Origin: Bacteroidota bacterium
Lineage (GTDB): Bacteria > Bacteroidota > Rhodothermia > Rhodothermales > JBCDJV01
Assembly (NCBI GenBank): GCA_038747425.1
Contig: JBCDJV010000003.1
Coordinates: 26,857-90,856 of the forward strand
Reading direction: 5' to 3'
Length of the DNA: 64,000 nt
Below are positions 35,426 to 45,400 of this stretch, in pieces. The number at the start of each line of letters is the position of its first letter. The stretch's first letter is position 1. Under the pieces are notes generated by a model. The model was not told the origin of the DNA, did no database searches, and saw only the letters and a program-made list of their open reading frames with translations. The position numbers and the translations under genes are program-made.

Positions 35426-37510
35426 CTATTGACGGGTGGCCATGAAGGTGCCGTTGGGTTGGATGAACTGCGCCCGCACCACCGCGCCCTCTTCTTCGAG
35501 GAAGCGCACACGGTAGCCGGATAGATCCGCCAACCCGAACAGATGATCCGCCACCGGCTCCAGCGTGTAGGTGGGCTGGCCCGGCACCGTCATGCGCAGC
35601 GCCTCGCCCTGGCGCTCGACGGTGATCAGCACCTCGTTGAAGGCATACCGCCCGACGAACGCCTCCAGGTAGGCTGGGTCCTGCCACTCGGCCTCGGCCT
35701 CCCGCTCGAAGACGATGGGCTCGACCCCCACCTCCAACTGGGCCGTCATCGCCTCGATCTGCCCATCGAGGTCGGTCTGGAACTGGATGCGGCGGCCGGC
35801 CAGTGCTCCTGTGTTCAGGGCGAAGACCTCGTAGTGGACATGCTCCAGGGTGGCGGCCTCGAACGCCGGATGGTTCAGCACCAGGCTGTCTCGCTCTACC
35901 TCGATGGCCACCGCGCCATAGGCCGGATGAGCATAGCGGCCCGCGTAGGCGGTGAGCGGGTGCGCCGGTGTCGTCCCCGTCACGCGCACATCGGCCTCGT
36001 CCACGTCCTCTTCACGGTCCGTCTCTTCCTCCTCCTCGGTAGATGGCTTCATCTGGTCGACCCAGTTGACCCCGCCGTCCAGGTACCGATCAAAGATGGT
36101 GCGCATGAGCGCCGTGGGGGCGCCCGACCCGTTTTTGTTGGTCAGCACCACCACGGCCAGGTCATCGTCCGGCAGAAACCCGACCATCGCTGAGAAGCCA
36201 TCGATGTTGCCGCCATGGTGCAGCATCTTGTGGCCACGGAAGGGTTGTACAAACCAGCCCAGGGCGTACATCTGGTAGGTGAACGCCTCGCCACTGGCCT
36301 CGCCGAGCACCATCTGTGGGCGATGCAAGGTCTCTAGGGTGCCCGAGGCCAATACCTCGGCGCCCCCAACGGTGCCATCGCTGAGTTGGAACTGGGCCCA
36401 CTTGGCCATGTCGGTGATGTGGGCGTTGATGGACCCGGCCGGGCCGATGGCGTCGATGTTGCGGTAGTCATCCATCGGCTCGATGCGATCGGTGCCACCG
36501 GCATAGGGCCGCGCCCGGTCCTCGGCCGACCGCATGGTCTCGATGGAGAAGTTGGCCTCGGTCATGCCGAGGGGCGCAAAGAGGCGCGTCTGGACCGCGT
36601 CTTCCCAGGTCGACCCGTCAAGGTGACCCGCCAGGACGCCCGCCGTCATGTACATCAGGTTCTGGTACTGCCAGCGCGACCGGAAGGGCGCACTCGGCTC
36701 CAGATACTGCAGCCCCTCCAGCAAATCGGCCCGGCTGGCTTCCGTCCCGTACCAGGCCAAGTCGTGGCGGGGCAAGCCGGAGCGGTGCGTGAGCAGATCC
36801 ACGGCCGTCATCTCGGCGGTGGCCACAGGGTCATACAGGGCAAAGGAGGACAGGTGCTCGCGCACGGGGTCCTCCCAGTCCAGGAGGCCCTCGTCCACAA
36901 ACGTACCCAGGACGGCTGCGGTGAAGGCCTTCGTGGACGACCCGATGGCGAAGAGGGTCTGCGGGGTCACCGGCGCCTCCGATTCCACCTCGCGAAAACC
37001 ATAGCCGCCGATCCTGAGCACCGTGTCCTTTCGCACCACGGCGAGGGCCAACCCCGGCACCTTCCAGGCCTCCATCGCCGTGGCCACCAGGGTGTCCAGG
37101 TCGGCCAGGCGCTCGGCGTCGCGCGTGGCCTCCTCAGCCTGAGCGGCCGCCGCGCGGGCCAGGGTGAAGGGGAAGGCAGCGTTGCCCTGGGAAAAGGTGC
37201 CTGTCACGTGGTCGGCATCGGCGTCATGGGCACCGCGAAAGGTGGGGCGCCCAGGCACGCCCTCCATCGCGAAGTGGACGCTGTCCGCCTCCACCTCGAC
37301 CCCGCTCAAGGCAAAGTCACGCAGGTTCTGAGCCGGGATGTTGATCGTGCCGGCCCAGGCCCCCTCGGCGGTAGACAGGGAGACCTCAATGGCCAGGGGG
37401 GAGCCCGGGATCTCGATGGCCCCCTCCCACTCACCGGCGATGGACTGGGCCCCCACGGGGGCGACAATCAGACAGAGGACGCAACAGGCCAGCAGGAAGG
37501 CGGAACGCAT
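35426..37510 (-). CDS. Secreted beta-lactamase-family serine hydrolase (S12-like) with extra N- and C-terminal domains
   Basis: ATG 37510 with signal peptide (MRSAFLLACCVLCLIVAPVGAQS). SxxK motif in FAIGSSTKAF. The C-terminal region of about 200 aa resembles lipocalin-like add-ons seen on such hydrolases. Confidence 0.8.
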   Translation of the reverse strand: MRSAFLLACCVLCLIVAPVGAQSIAGEWEGAIEIPGSPLAIEVSLSTAEGAWAGTINIPAQNLRDFALSGVEVEADSVHFAMEGVPGRPTFRGAHDADADHVTGTFSQGNAAFPFTLARAAAAQAEEATRDAERLADLDTLVATAMEAWKVPGLALAVVRKDTVLRIGGYGFREVESEAPVTPQTLFAIGSSTKAFTAAVLGTFVDEGLLDWEDPVREHLSSFALYDPVATAEMTAVDLLTHRSGLPRHDLAWYGTEASRADLLEGLQYLEPSAPFRSRWQYQNLMYMTAGVLAGHLDGSTWEDAVQTRLFAPLGMTEANFSIETMRSAEDRARPYAGGTDRIEPMDDYRNIDAIGPAGSINAHITDMAKWAQFQLSDGTVGGAEVLASGTLETLHRPQMVLGEASGEAFTYQMYALGWFVQPFRGHKMLHHGGNIDGFSAMVGFLPDDDLAVVVLTNKNGSGAPTALMRTIFDRYLDGGVNWVDQMKPSTEEEEETDREEDVDEADVRVTGTTPAHPLTAYAGRYAHPAYGAVAIEVERDSLVLNHPAFEAATLEHVHYEVFALNTGALAGRRIQFQTDLDGQIEAMTAQLEVGVEPIVFEREAEAEWQDPAYLEAFVGRYAFNEVLITVERQGEALRMTVPGQPTYTLEPVADHLFGLADLSGYRVRFLEEEGAVVRAQFIQPNGTFMATRQ

Positions 37511-37564
37511 AGGGGTGGGGTGCAAACGTGATACAGCCAGACAGGCGCCGCCCTTCACCGCGTC

Positions 37565-38674
37565 TCAAGGATGCCCATTCACAGCACCGGCGCGCGAGGA
37601 CTCTACGTACAGGGTCTGGGTAGGATACGCAAACGCGATCCCCTCTTGCTCGAACCGGCGAAAGATGCGCAGGTTGATCTCCTGCTGCACATCCATGAAG
37701 ACCACGTAGTCCGGCACGAGCACGTGGTAGACGGTCTCGAAGTTGAGCGAGAAGTCGCCGTAGTTCTTGAAGTGGCACCGGTCGAAGCGGACCTGATCCA
37801 TGCTCTCCACCACCTCACGGATCACCGTGGGGACACGCTCCAAGGTGTCGGCCGGTGTGTTGTAGACGATCCCGAGTTGGAAGGCGATGCGGCGTTCCTG
37901 CATCCGCTTGTAGTTACGGATGCGGCTGTTGAGCAGATCGCTGTTTGAAAAAATGAGTTGCTCGCCCGAGAGGCTGCGCAAGCGCGTGGTCTTGAGGCCG
38001 ACTTTCTCCACGTTGCCCACCATGCCCCCCACGTCCAGAAAATCGCCCACCACGAAGGGCTTATCCAGGATGATCGACAGCGAGGCAAAGAGATCACCGA
38101 GGATGTTCTGCAACGCCAACGCCACCGCGATGCCGCCAATGCCAAGGCTGGCTACCAAAGCCGTGATCTCCACCCCAAAGGTAGCCAGCGCGGTGAGCGC
38201 CACCACCGTGTAGAGCACCAGCCGCCCGATGAAGGCCAGCGCCTGCATGGAGGTCACGCTCGACGGATCCGTCTCTAGCTTGCGCCGCTCATAGTCCTTG
38301 ACCCAGAACGAGATGAAGCTGCTGCCCCACTGGATGGTCTGGAACAGCAAGACCACGATGGCCAGCCGCCCGGCATAGCGAGTCAGCCGCTCCGGCATCC
38401 CCGTGACCTCGAAGGCCAGGTAAAGCGCCACGCCCGCAAACAGGTAGCTCTTGGTTTGCCTCAGCATGTGGACCATGGCGTCGTCCACGCTGGTGGCCGT
38501 ACGGCGGACCAGCCGCTGGGCCACCCGGTCCACCCGGCTGATCACGAGCCGCCCAGCCAGGCTCAGGACAAGCGCAAGGACGAGCCACGTGACCACCACC
38601 AGGATCCACGCCTGAAGGGGGGCACCGAGGACCTGGGTCTGGAGCGCGTCGGCGCTCATCCATTCTTGAAGCAT
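37565..38674 (-). CDS. Mechanosensitive ion channel, MscS family
   Basis: ATG 38674 (MLQEWMSADAL...). Pore and beta-domain signature: NILGDLFASLSIILDKPFVVGDFLDVGGMVGNVEKVGLKTTRLRSLSGEQLIFSNSDLLNSRIRNY. Confidence 0.88.
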   Translation of the reverse strand: MLQEWMSADALQTQVLGAPLQAWILVVVTWLVLALVLSLAGRLVISRVDRVAQRLVRRTATSVDDAMVHMLRQTKSYLFAGVALYLAFEVTGMPERLTRYAGRLAIVVLLFQTIQWGSSFISFWVKDYERRKLETDPSSVTSMQALAFIGRLVLYTVVALTALATFGVEITALVASLGIGGIAVALALQNILGDLFASLSIILDKPFVVGDFLDVGGMVGNVEKVGLKTTRLRSLSGEQLIFSNSDLLNSRIRNYKRMQERRIAFQLGIVYNTPADTLERVPTVIREVVESMDQVRFDRCHFKNYGDFSLNFETVYHVLVPDYVVFMDVQQEINLRIFRRFEQEGIAFAYPTQTLYVESSRAGAVNGHP

Positions 38675-38689
38675 GAGAGAGCAGGATGC

Positions 38690-38711
38690 GTGGGTGGTGG
38701 GTGGTGGGTGG
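38690..38711. repeat. Tandem heptamer (GTGGGTG)x3, possibly a degenerate relative of the GGTGAAT elements
   Basis: Read directly. Sits 16 nt upstream of the MscS ATG, so it would be C-rich in that mRNA leader. No inverted partner found nearby. Confidence 0.6.
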
Positions 38712-38825
38712 ACCGGGCGCCTCATTTTTCGGTTGGCGTGCCGGAACCGAGGCGCGCTCTAAACTTACGCCACGGAGCGCCGTTTCGCTGCCGCTCTTCC
38801 ATCTCCCCTCGACCACGTCCCCACG

Positions 38826-38918
38826 ATGTCCGTCGGCTCCACCGGTTGGTACTTGCTGCTTCTCTTGGCTGGGCTCATCACCGGGGCGCTGGTAGCGTGG
38901 TTCAGGCGACAATCGTAA
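38826..38918 (+). CDS. Candidate 30-codon small membrane protein (below the ORF-track length cut-off)
   Basis: ATG 38826 to TAA 38916..38918 encodes MSVGSTGWYLLLLLAGLITGALVAWFRRQS: one hydrophobic helix with a basic C-terminus. A 7-bp hairpin (GCGACAA/TTGTCGC, 38906..38930) spans the stop. Confidence 0.3.
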   Translation: MSVGSTGWYLLLLLAGLITGALVAWFRRQS

Positions 38919-39029
38919 CCCTTTTGTCGCTGTACTCCCCTCTTTGACAGGGCATGCGTATACATACGGTAGGAGGGCCCTCGTCTTGCCCATTCCCCTC
39001 GCCCCGACGCGCTCCTAGCCTCCCCTCTC

Positions 39030-39497
39030 ATGGATAGCATTGCCTCCTCCCGCACGCCTCCTTCCGTCTCCAAAGACAAGTGGCTCACCCACATCCGCCG
39101 CAAGCTGGCCAAAGGCTACGTGGTCATCGTCAACGATGAACGCAAGACGGCCAACTTTTTCAAGCCCGGAAAAGGGTACGAGAGCTGCGCCTTCCAGGCG
39201 GCCCAGGCCATGATCGAGAGCGGGGAGCTGGTGCACACCGGCCAACGCCCCAACGGCCTCAAGTACGAACTGAACGACGCGCCCCCAGCTCCTCCGCCCG
39301 CCCCCGCCCAACAGCGGGTGGTGGTGGACGATGACGACGACGAGGAGGAGGACACCGCCCAGGATGAGTTCAACGAGCTGCTCGGAGACCTCGACAGCGA
39401 CACCGAGGAGGACGAGGTCGACGACGACATGGACGATCCAGAGCCCGTCTCAGCGGACGATCACTACCCCTACGCCGACGAGGAGGACGACGACTAG
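39030..39497 (+). CDS. Hypothetical protein: basic N-terminal domain, Pro/Ala linker and poly-acidic C-terminal tail
   Basis: 155 aa. KWLTHIRRKLAKGYVVIVNDERKTANFFKPGKGY..., then APPAPPPAPAQQ, then from nt 39327 an almost pure D/E tail (DDDDDEEEDTAQDEFNELLGDLDSDTEEDEVDDDMDD...YADEEDDD). Confidence 0.6.
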   Translation: MDSIASSRTPPSVSKDKWLTHIRRKLAKGYVVIVNDERKTANFFKPGKGYESCAFQAAQAMIESGELVHTGQRPNGLKYELNDAPPAPPPAPAQQRVVVDDDDDEEEDTAQDEFNELLGDLDSDTEEDEVDDDMDDPEPVSADDHYPYADEEDDD

Positions 39498-39569
39498 CGC
39501 AGGCTAGACGAAGCATGCCGGCGGGCGATGAGCCCTACGCGGGATCATGAGGCCTGGGTGGGTGGACCG

Positions 39570-40769
39570 TTACTCGACCGGTCCCAGATCCTTGGGCAGG
39601 CGGTTGCACAGGGGCTTGATGGACCAGAAGCCGCGGACAGAGAGATCCTGCGGGTTGAGCACCTCGCCGGTCGGAGAAAAGCGGAGGACCCCCGTGCTGC
39701 TGCCGAGCCATGAGGTCTCGTCGCCATGCGCGATGCCGATGAACTCGGCGGCGGTGTTGTCCACCGCGCGCAGGTACTGCACTTTCATCTCCCGATCCAG
39801 CACAAGGAGCTGCTCGCGGGGCTCCTCGCCCTCGCGGAGATAGTCGGAGGTGTCAATCACACGAGGCTCTGGGCGCCGCTCGGTGCCTAGCGCCAGGTTG
39901 GTGGACTGCCGCATCACCGATCCACCAAACACCGTGTAGCCTTCCCGGGTGGTGCGGTCCACCGCCACCGCGGCCAAGAAGTGGTTCAACGAGCCCTGAT
40001 AGACCCGTCGGCGGTTTCGCTCCCAGCCGGCGGTCTCTTTCTCGTTGGCGGGGGTCAGGGGCTCAAAGTAGGGCACGCTCTCGTGCTGGAGGCTGTAACC
40101 TCGGTTGCCTTCGGTGAGACTGAACGACTCCAGGACGACCTCAACCTCGTACCCCAGGTACCGGTTTTCGAGGCGAAGGGGCTGAAGAGCGGTGGCGGTG
40201 ATCACCTCGCGGTTGCTCTGCTGCTCACGGCTGAAGGTGAGCGCCTCCGGGTTGATCAGCCGACATTCGTCCACGCGGTCGGTGCCCAGGTAGAGACGAC
40301 GGAACAGCTCCAGCTCTTCGGACGATCCACCGGACTGCGCCTCCAGGCGCTGCAGCTCGGCCTGGAGCGTCTTGATCTGATCGCGCACCCTCTCGAGCCG
40401 CTCAGCTACGTTGGCCTCATCCAAAGCAGGCGTTTCCTCGGTGGCTCGCGGCAGGTAGACCTCCACCTGCGCGCCGTCGGCCTCGACCACGATGTCCTCG
40501 ACGTACGGCCCCGACCCCGGCATCACGATAGCCAGCTGGTGCTGCCCCATCGGGACCTCGGCAAACGAGAACGTGCCTGTGCTATCGCTGGGGGCCTGCA
40601 GGCTGGTACCGCCCACCCGCACCTCGGCGGCCGAGACGGGATCGCCGGTGCCTAGTTCGATCAGGGTGCCTGTGAGAGGCGCCCGTGGGGCCGGCTGATC
40701 GGTGATGAGACGACTACCGCCACACCCCGCCAGGAGCAGTGACGCGCAAAGAAGAGAAGCCAGACGCAT
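39570..40769 (-). CDS. Lipoprotein with carboxypeptidase-regulatory-like (CarboxypepD_reg) domain and coiled-coil segment
   Basis: ATG 40769 (MRLASLLCASLLLAGCGG, lipobox). LTGTLIELGTGDPVSAAEVRVGG...TGTFSFAEVPMGQHQLAI. Confidence 0.6.
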   Translation of the reverse strand: MRLASLLCASLLLAGCGGSRLITDQPAPRAPLTGTLIELGTGDPVSAAEVRVGGTSLQAPSDSTGTFSFAEVPMGQHQLAIVMPGSGPYVEDIVVEADGAQVEVYLPRATEETPALDEANVAERLERVRDQIKTLQAELQRLEAQSGGSSEELELFRRLYLGTDRVDECRLINPEALTFSREQQSNREVITATALQPLRLENRYLGYEVEVVLESFSLTEGNRGYSLQHESVPYFEPLTPANEKETAGWERNRRRVYQGSLNHFLAAVAVDRTTREGYTVFGGSVMRQSTNLALGTERRPEPRVIDTSDYLREGEEPREQLLVLDREMKVQYLRAVDNTAAEFIGIAHGDETSWLGSSTGVLRFSPTGEVLNPQDLSVRGFWSIKPLCNRLPKDLGPVE

Positions 40770-40960
40770 GGGAAACCGGTGTGAAGCAATGAGCAAGGGG
40801 GGGAGCAAGAGTGTCGTATGCATGACACACGGAATACGGCGAATACCTCGCCTGTTTTCATTCAAAAGCACAGGGTTACGACATTGGTACGTATGGGATG
40901 CGCTGTCCTGGGGGATCGGCCGTCCTGGGACCGCGGCGCCTCCCTGGGCGTCAGTGGACG

Positions 40961-41044
40961 TTGAGAATGGTGAGTGGTGAACGGGTGCCGGTCCGGCGCA
41001 AACGCTCGGGCGTGGCGAGATACCTTCACCATTCACCATTCAAA
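40961..41044. repeat. GGTGAAT-heptamer inverted-repeat element, copy B
   Basis: TTGAGAATGGTGAGTGGTGAACGG (40961..40984) versus CCTTCACCATTCACCATTCAAA (41023..41044). The core GAATGGTGA(G/A)TGGTGAA is complementary at 17 of 18 positions. Lies about 55 nt 3' of the TolC-like gene stop. Confidence 0.8.
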
Positions 41045-41098
41045 CCGCCGATTCGGGTTTGTTGAGGCGCTAAACACATACGACGATGTATCGGGGCC

Positions 41099-42424
41099 CT
41101 ACCGTCCCACCTGGTTGCTCAGCCGGAGCAGCTCCGTCTCGGCTTGCTTGGCCGCGAACTGGACGCCCAGCAGGCGGCTCTCGGCCAGGGTGAGCGATTC
41201 CTGCACCTCGCGCAGCTCTACGGACGTGATCGTGCCCAGGCGGAAGCGCTCCAGGGCCACGTCTACGTTGAGGCGGGTGTTCTCCAGGTTCTCCCGCTCT
41301 AGGTCCACCAGCTCCAGGCTCGTGGCGTACTGCCGGTAGAGCGTGGCGGTGGCCGTGCGCACGTCGCGCGCGGCCTCCTCTTGGGCGCGCTCCGCCTGCT
41401 CGGTGGCCAGGGCGGCGTTGCTCAGGCGGCGGCGGCGGTTGAGGCCGTCGAACAGCGTGTAGCGCGCCGTGAGGCCGTACGATAACGAGAAGCTGCGGCT
41501 CGTGGCTAGAAAGCCGGACTCGCTGTCCAGGAACGAGTAGTCGTAGCCGGTGCTCAGGTCCACGGTGGGCAGGCGCTCGGCGCGGATCTCGTCCGCCTCT
41601 AACTCAGTCACGCGCACCTCGGCGCGGGCCTGGCGGAGCGTCGGGTTGTCGGCCTCGGCGCGCTGCCGGAGGGCGTCCGCCTGGAGGCTGGGGTCCACTA
41701 GGATGGTATCCTGCACCGCGTAGGCCTGATCCACCGGACGGCCCAGCAGCAGGTTGAACGTGGTCTTGGCGTTAGCCAACGCCGTCTCTTGCTGCAAGAG
41801 CGCCACCCGGTCCGTGTTGAGGTCCACCCGCGCCTGCCGCACCTCCAGTTCGGAGGCGGATCCCAGGTCGCGCCGCAGTTCGGCGATGCGGAGGCGCTCC
41901 TCGGAGATGGTCACGGCGTCCTCGAACACTTGCACCTGCGCCTGCTGCCGGATCAGGTCCGCGTAGCCGATGATGACGTCGGCGGCGATGAGGTTGGTCT
42001 GCGCCTCGGTGAGGGCTTCCTCTTGGTCGAGCAGCGTCTCCAGCCGGGCGTAGGTGGCACGCCGCGCGAAGCCATCGAACACCGTCCACGCCGCTGTGAT
42101 GCCCGCGTTGCGCCGCGCGTTGACGGCCCCGGTCACCTCGATGGGATCTCGCCCCTGGAACGTCTGCCGGGTGTTGGTCAGGTCCCCCCCGTAGCCGCCA
42201 TCCAGCGACACCGTGGGCAGGTACCCCGCGTTGCCACGCGTCACGTTGTTCTCCGCCACCGCCAGCCGGTTCAGCGCCGTCTGCACATCGAAGTTACCCG
42301 CTAGCGCCTGCGCAAGGGCCTCGTCCAGCGTGAGGACCGGCTGCGCCTGGGCCCCCGAGGCGAGGGCCGTTAGCATGCCCAGCACCAGCCCCCAGCGCCG
42401 TACGTCGTACCACCGTTGTCTCAT
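41099..42424 (-). CDS. TolC-family outer membrane efflux protein
   Basis: ATG 42424 (MRQRWYDVRRWGLVLGMLTALASGAQA), overlapping the pump stop as ATGA. Two OEP repeats. The 575-aa track ORF is an N-terminal over-extension. Confidence 0.85.
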   Translation of the reverse strand: MRQRWYDVRRWGLVLGMLTALASGAQAQPVLTLDEALAQALAGNFDVQTALNRLAVAENNVTRGNAGYLPTVSLDGGYGGDLTNTRQTFQGRDPIEVTGAVNARRNAGITAAWTVFDGFARRATYARLETLLDQEEALTEAQTNLIAADVIIGYADLIRQQAQVQVFEDAVTISEERLRIAELRRDLGSASELEVRQARVDLNTDRVALLQQETALANAKTTFNLLLGRPVDQAYAVQDTILVDPSLQADALRQRAEADNPTLRQARAEVRVTELEADEIRAERLPTVDLSTGYDYSFLDSESGFLATSRSFSLSYGLTARYTLFDGLNRRRRLSNAALATEQAERAQEEAARDVRTATATLYRQYATSLELVDLERENLENTRLNVDVALERFRLGTITSVELREVQESLTLAESRLLGVQFAAKQAETELLRLSNQVGR

Positions 42425-45400
42425 CCGGCCTCGACCGTCTGGAGGAGCGTTGCTTCGTCCACGGCTACCTTCGCGGGCTCCTTGCGGGTGAGGTAGAGGT
42501 AGGTGGCGGGCACCACGTAGAGCGTCAGGACCGTGCCGATCAGGAGGCCGCCGATGATGGCCACGCCCATCGGCACGCGGCTTTCGGCGCCCGCGCCCAG
42601 GGCCAGGGCGATGGGCAGGATGCCGAGCGACGTGGAGCAGGCCGTCATCAGGATCGGGCGGAAGCGGGCCGCCGCGCTGTCCCGGATGGCTTCGGCGATG
42701 TCTAGGCCCGCGGCCTTGCGCTGGTTGGCAAACTCGACGATCAGGATGCCGTTCTTGGTGATGATCCCGATCAGCATGATCATGCCGATCTGGCTGAAGA
42801 TGTTGATCGAGTGGTTGAAGTACCACAGGGCGAACAGGGCCCCGCTGAGGGCCAGCGGCACCGTGAACATGATCGTGAGCGGGTCGCGAAAGCTCTCAAA
42901 CTGGGCCGCCAGGATCAGGAACACCAGCACCAGTGCGAAGAGGAAGACGAACGCCAGGTTGCTGGCGCTCTCCGCAAACTCGCGCGAGGGGCCCGCCAGC
43001 GTGGTCGTGAACGACTCGTCCAGCACCTCCTCTGCAATGCCGTCCATCACCGCCAGACCGTCGCCGATGGTGAAGCCGGGCGCGAGGCTGGCCGAGAAGG
43101 TGGCACTCACGTAGCGATCCGTGCGGTAGAGCTGCGGCGGGCTGCTCTCCTCGGTGACCGTCACCAAGTTGTCCAGCTGGATGGACTCCCCGGCGGCGTT
43201 GCGCACGTAGAGCGAGCGGAGGTCCAGCGTCTCGTTGCGGTCCTGCCGCTCCACCTGGCCCACCACCTGATACTGCTTGCCGTCCATCACAAAAAACCCG
43301 ATCCGCTGCGCGCTGAGCGCCAGCTGGAGGGTTTGCGCGATGTCCAGGGCCGCCACCCCAGCGGCACGCGCCCGGTCGCGGTCGATGGTGATGCGCAGTT
43401 CGGGCTTGGTGAACTTGAGGTTGACGTCCGTGAAGACAAACTCCGGGGCCTGCCGGGCGGCGTCCAGGAAGGGCGGGATGACCTCCTTGAGGCGATCCAG
43501 GTTGGGCGCCTGCACCACGTACTGCACGGGGGCCCCGCCGCGGCGGTTGCCAATCGACTGGGGCTCGCTGACGAAGGCGCGGGCGTTGGTCAGGGACTGG
43601 ATGTCTCGCCCCACCTGCGCCGCGATCTCGCTCTGCGTGCGCTCGCGCTCATCTGGGTCGTTCAGGACGAGGAACCCAAAGGCCGAATTCACGGACCCCG
43701 CCGCCGAGAACCCGGGCGAGGTGACGGTGATGATGGCATCCGCCTCGGGGGCCGTCTGCTCCGCAATGTCGATGAAGGCATCCACGTACTGGTCCATGAA
43801 CTCGAACGTGGCGCCCTCGGGGGCCGTGGCGAACATGCGGACGCGACTGCGGTCCTCGGTGGGCGTCAGCTCCTGCGGCAGGATGTTGAGGAAAAGGTAG
43901 ATCAGCCCAAAGCAGGCCAGGACAACCGGGAACGCCAGCCAGCGCCGCTTCAGGAAGCCCTCCAGCGAGCCTCGGTACGCCTCCGTCAGACGCTCGAAAA
44001 ACGGCTCGGTGGCGCGGTAGAACCACGGCTGCTGCGCGCGCTTCTTGAGGAGCCGCGTGGACAGCATGGGCGTGAGCGTGAGGGCTACGAACGACGAGAT
44101 GACCACCGCCGCGGCCAGCGTCACGCCAAACTCGCGGAAGAGGCGCCCCGTGAGGCCGCCCAGGAACAGGATCGGCAGGAAGACGGCCACCAAGGACAGG
44201 GTGGTGGCCACCACGGCGAAGAAGATCTCCTTGGCGCCCACGATCCCCGCCTGCACCGGGTCCATGCCCTGCTCAATCTTGGCGTAGATATTCTCCAGCA
44301 CCACGATGGCATCGTCCACCACCAGCCCGATGGCCAGCACGATGCCCAGCAGCGTCAGCACGTTGATCGAGAACCCAGCCAGGTACATCACAAAGAACGC
44401 CCCGATGAGCGACACCGGGATCACGATCACCGGGATGACCGTCGTCCGCCAGTCGCGCAGGAAGAGGAAGATGATGAGGATGACCAGCAGGAAGGCGATG
44501 AAGATGGTCTGCTGCACCTCGCTGACGCTCTCCCGGATGAAGTCCGTGACGTCGAACCCCACGCCCAGCTCAATGTCCGGGGGCAGGTCCGCGCGGATCT
44601 GGTCGACGCGGCGGTAGAACTCGTCCGTGATGGCGATGTAGTTGGCGCCAGGCTGCGGCTGGAGCACCACGCCCACCATGGGGATGCCACCGCGCTTGAG
44701 GATCGTGCGCTCGTTGAGCGGCCCCAGCTCGGCCCGCCCGATGTCTCGCAGGCGCACCACGCGGCCGCCATCTTCCTTGACGATCAGGTTGTTGAACTCC
44801 TCGGGCGTCTCCAAACGGCTGAGCGTCCGGACGGTCAGCTCCACGTCCCGCCCCTCGATGCGGCCCGAGGGCAGCTCCACATTCTCCCGCGCGAGAGCGG
44901 TGCGCACGTCGAGCGGCGAGAGGCGGTAGGCGGCCAGGCGCGCCGGGTCAATCCAGATGCGCATGGCGTACTCTTTGTCGCCCCAGATCTGGACGGAGCT
45001 GACGCCGGGGATGGTCTGCACCCGCTCTTTGAACACCTCGTCCGCCAGGCGCGAGAGTTCCAGCAGGTTGCGTTCGTCGCTCTTGATGTTGAGGAAGACG
45101 ATAGGCTGCGCGTCGGCGTCGGCCTTGGACACCGTGGGGGGGTCGGCGTCGGGCGGCAGGCTGCGGACGGCCCGGCTGACGCGGTCCCGCACGTCGTTGG
45201 CGGCGGCCTCCAGGTCGGTGTCGAGGTCGAACTCGACGGTGATCGTGGAGCGCCCTTCGCGGCTCACGGAGGTCAGCGTCCGGATCCCGGCCACGCCGTT
45301 GATCGACTCCTCCAGCGGCTCGGTGAGCTGGTTTTCGATGACCTCGGCGTTCGCCCCCGGGTAGTTGGTGCTGACCGTGATGACGGGCGGGTCCACGGCC

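Noticed and set aside
38289-38993. 234-aa minus-strand ORF spanning the MscS 5' region and the intergenic space
   Set aside because: It is out of frame with MscS, runs across the intergenic region, is Pro/Gly/Arg-rich, and has no motifs.
39327-39494. GAC/GAG-rich stretch as a possible DNA microsatellite
   Set aside because: It is in frame within a plausible ORF and encodes an irregular D/E tail interrupted by other residues. It is not a uniform nucleotide tandem repeat.
41099-42826. Track ORFs with long N-terminal extensions: TolC-like to 42826, TrmH to 35687, PUR to 22157, MFS to 5444, lipoprotein to 41039, CoA-binding from 7993
   Set aside because: The extensions overlap upstream genes or repeat elements and are Arg/Pro/His-rich. 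Internal ATGs give proper signal peptides or family-typical N-termini and tidy ATGA-type junctions.
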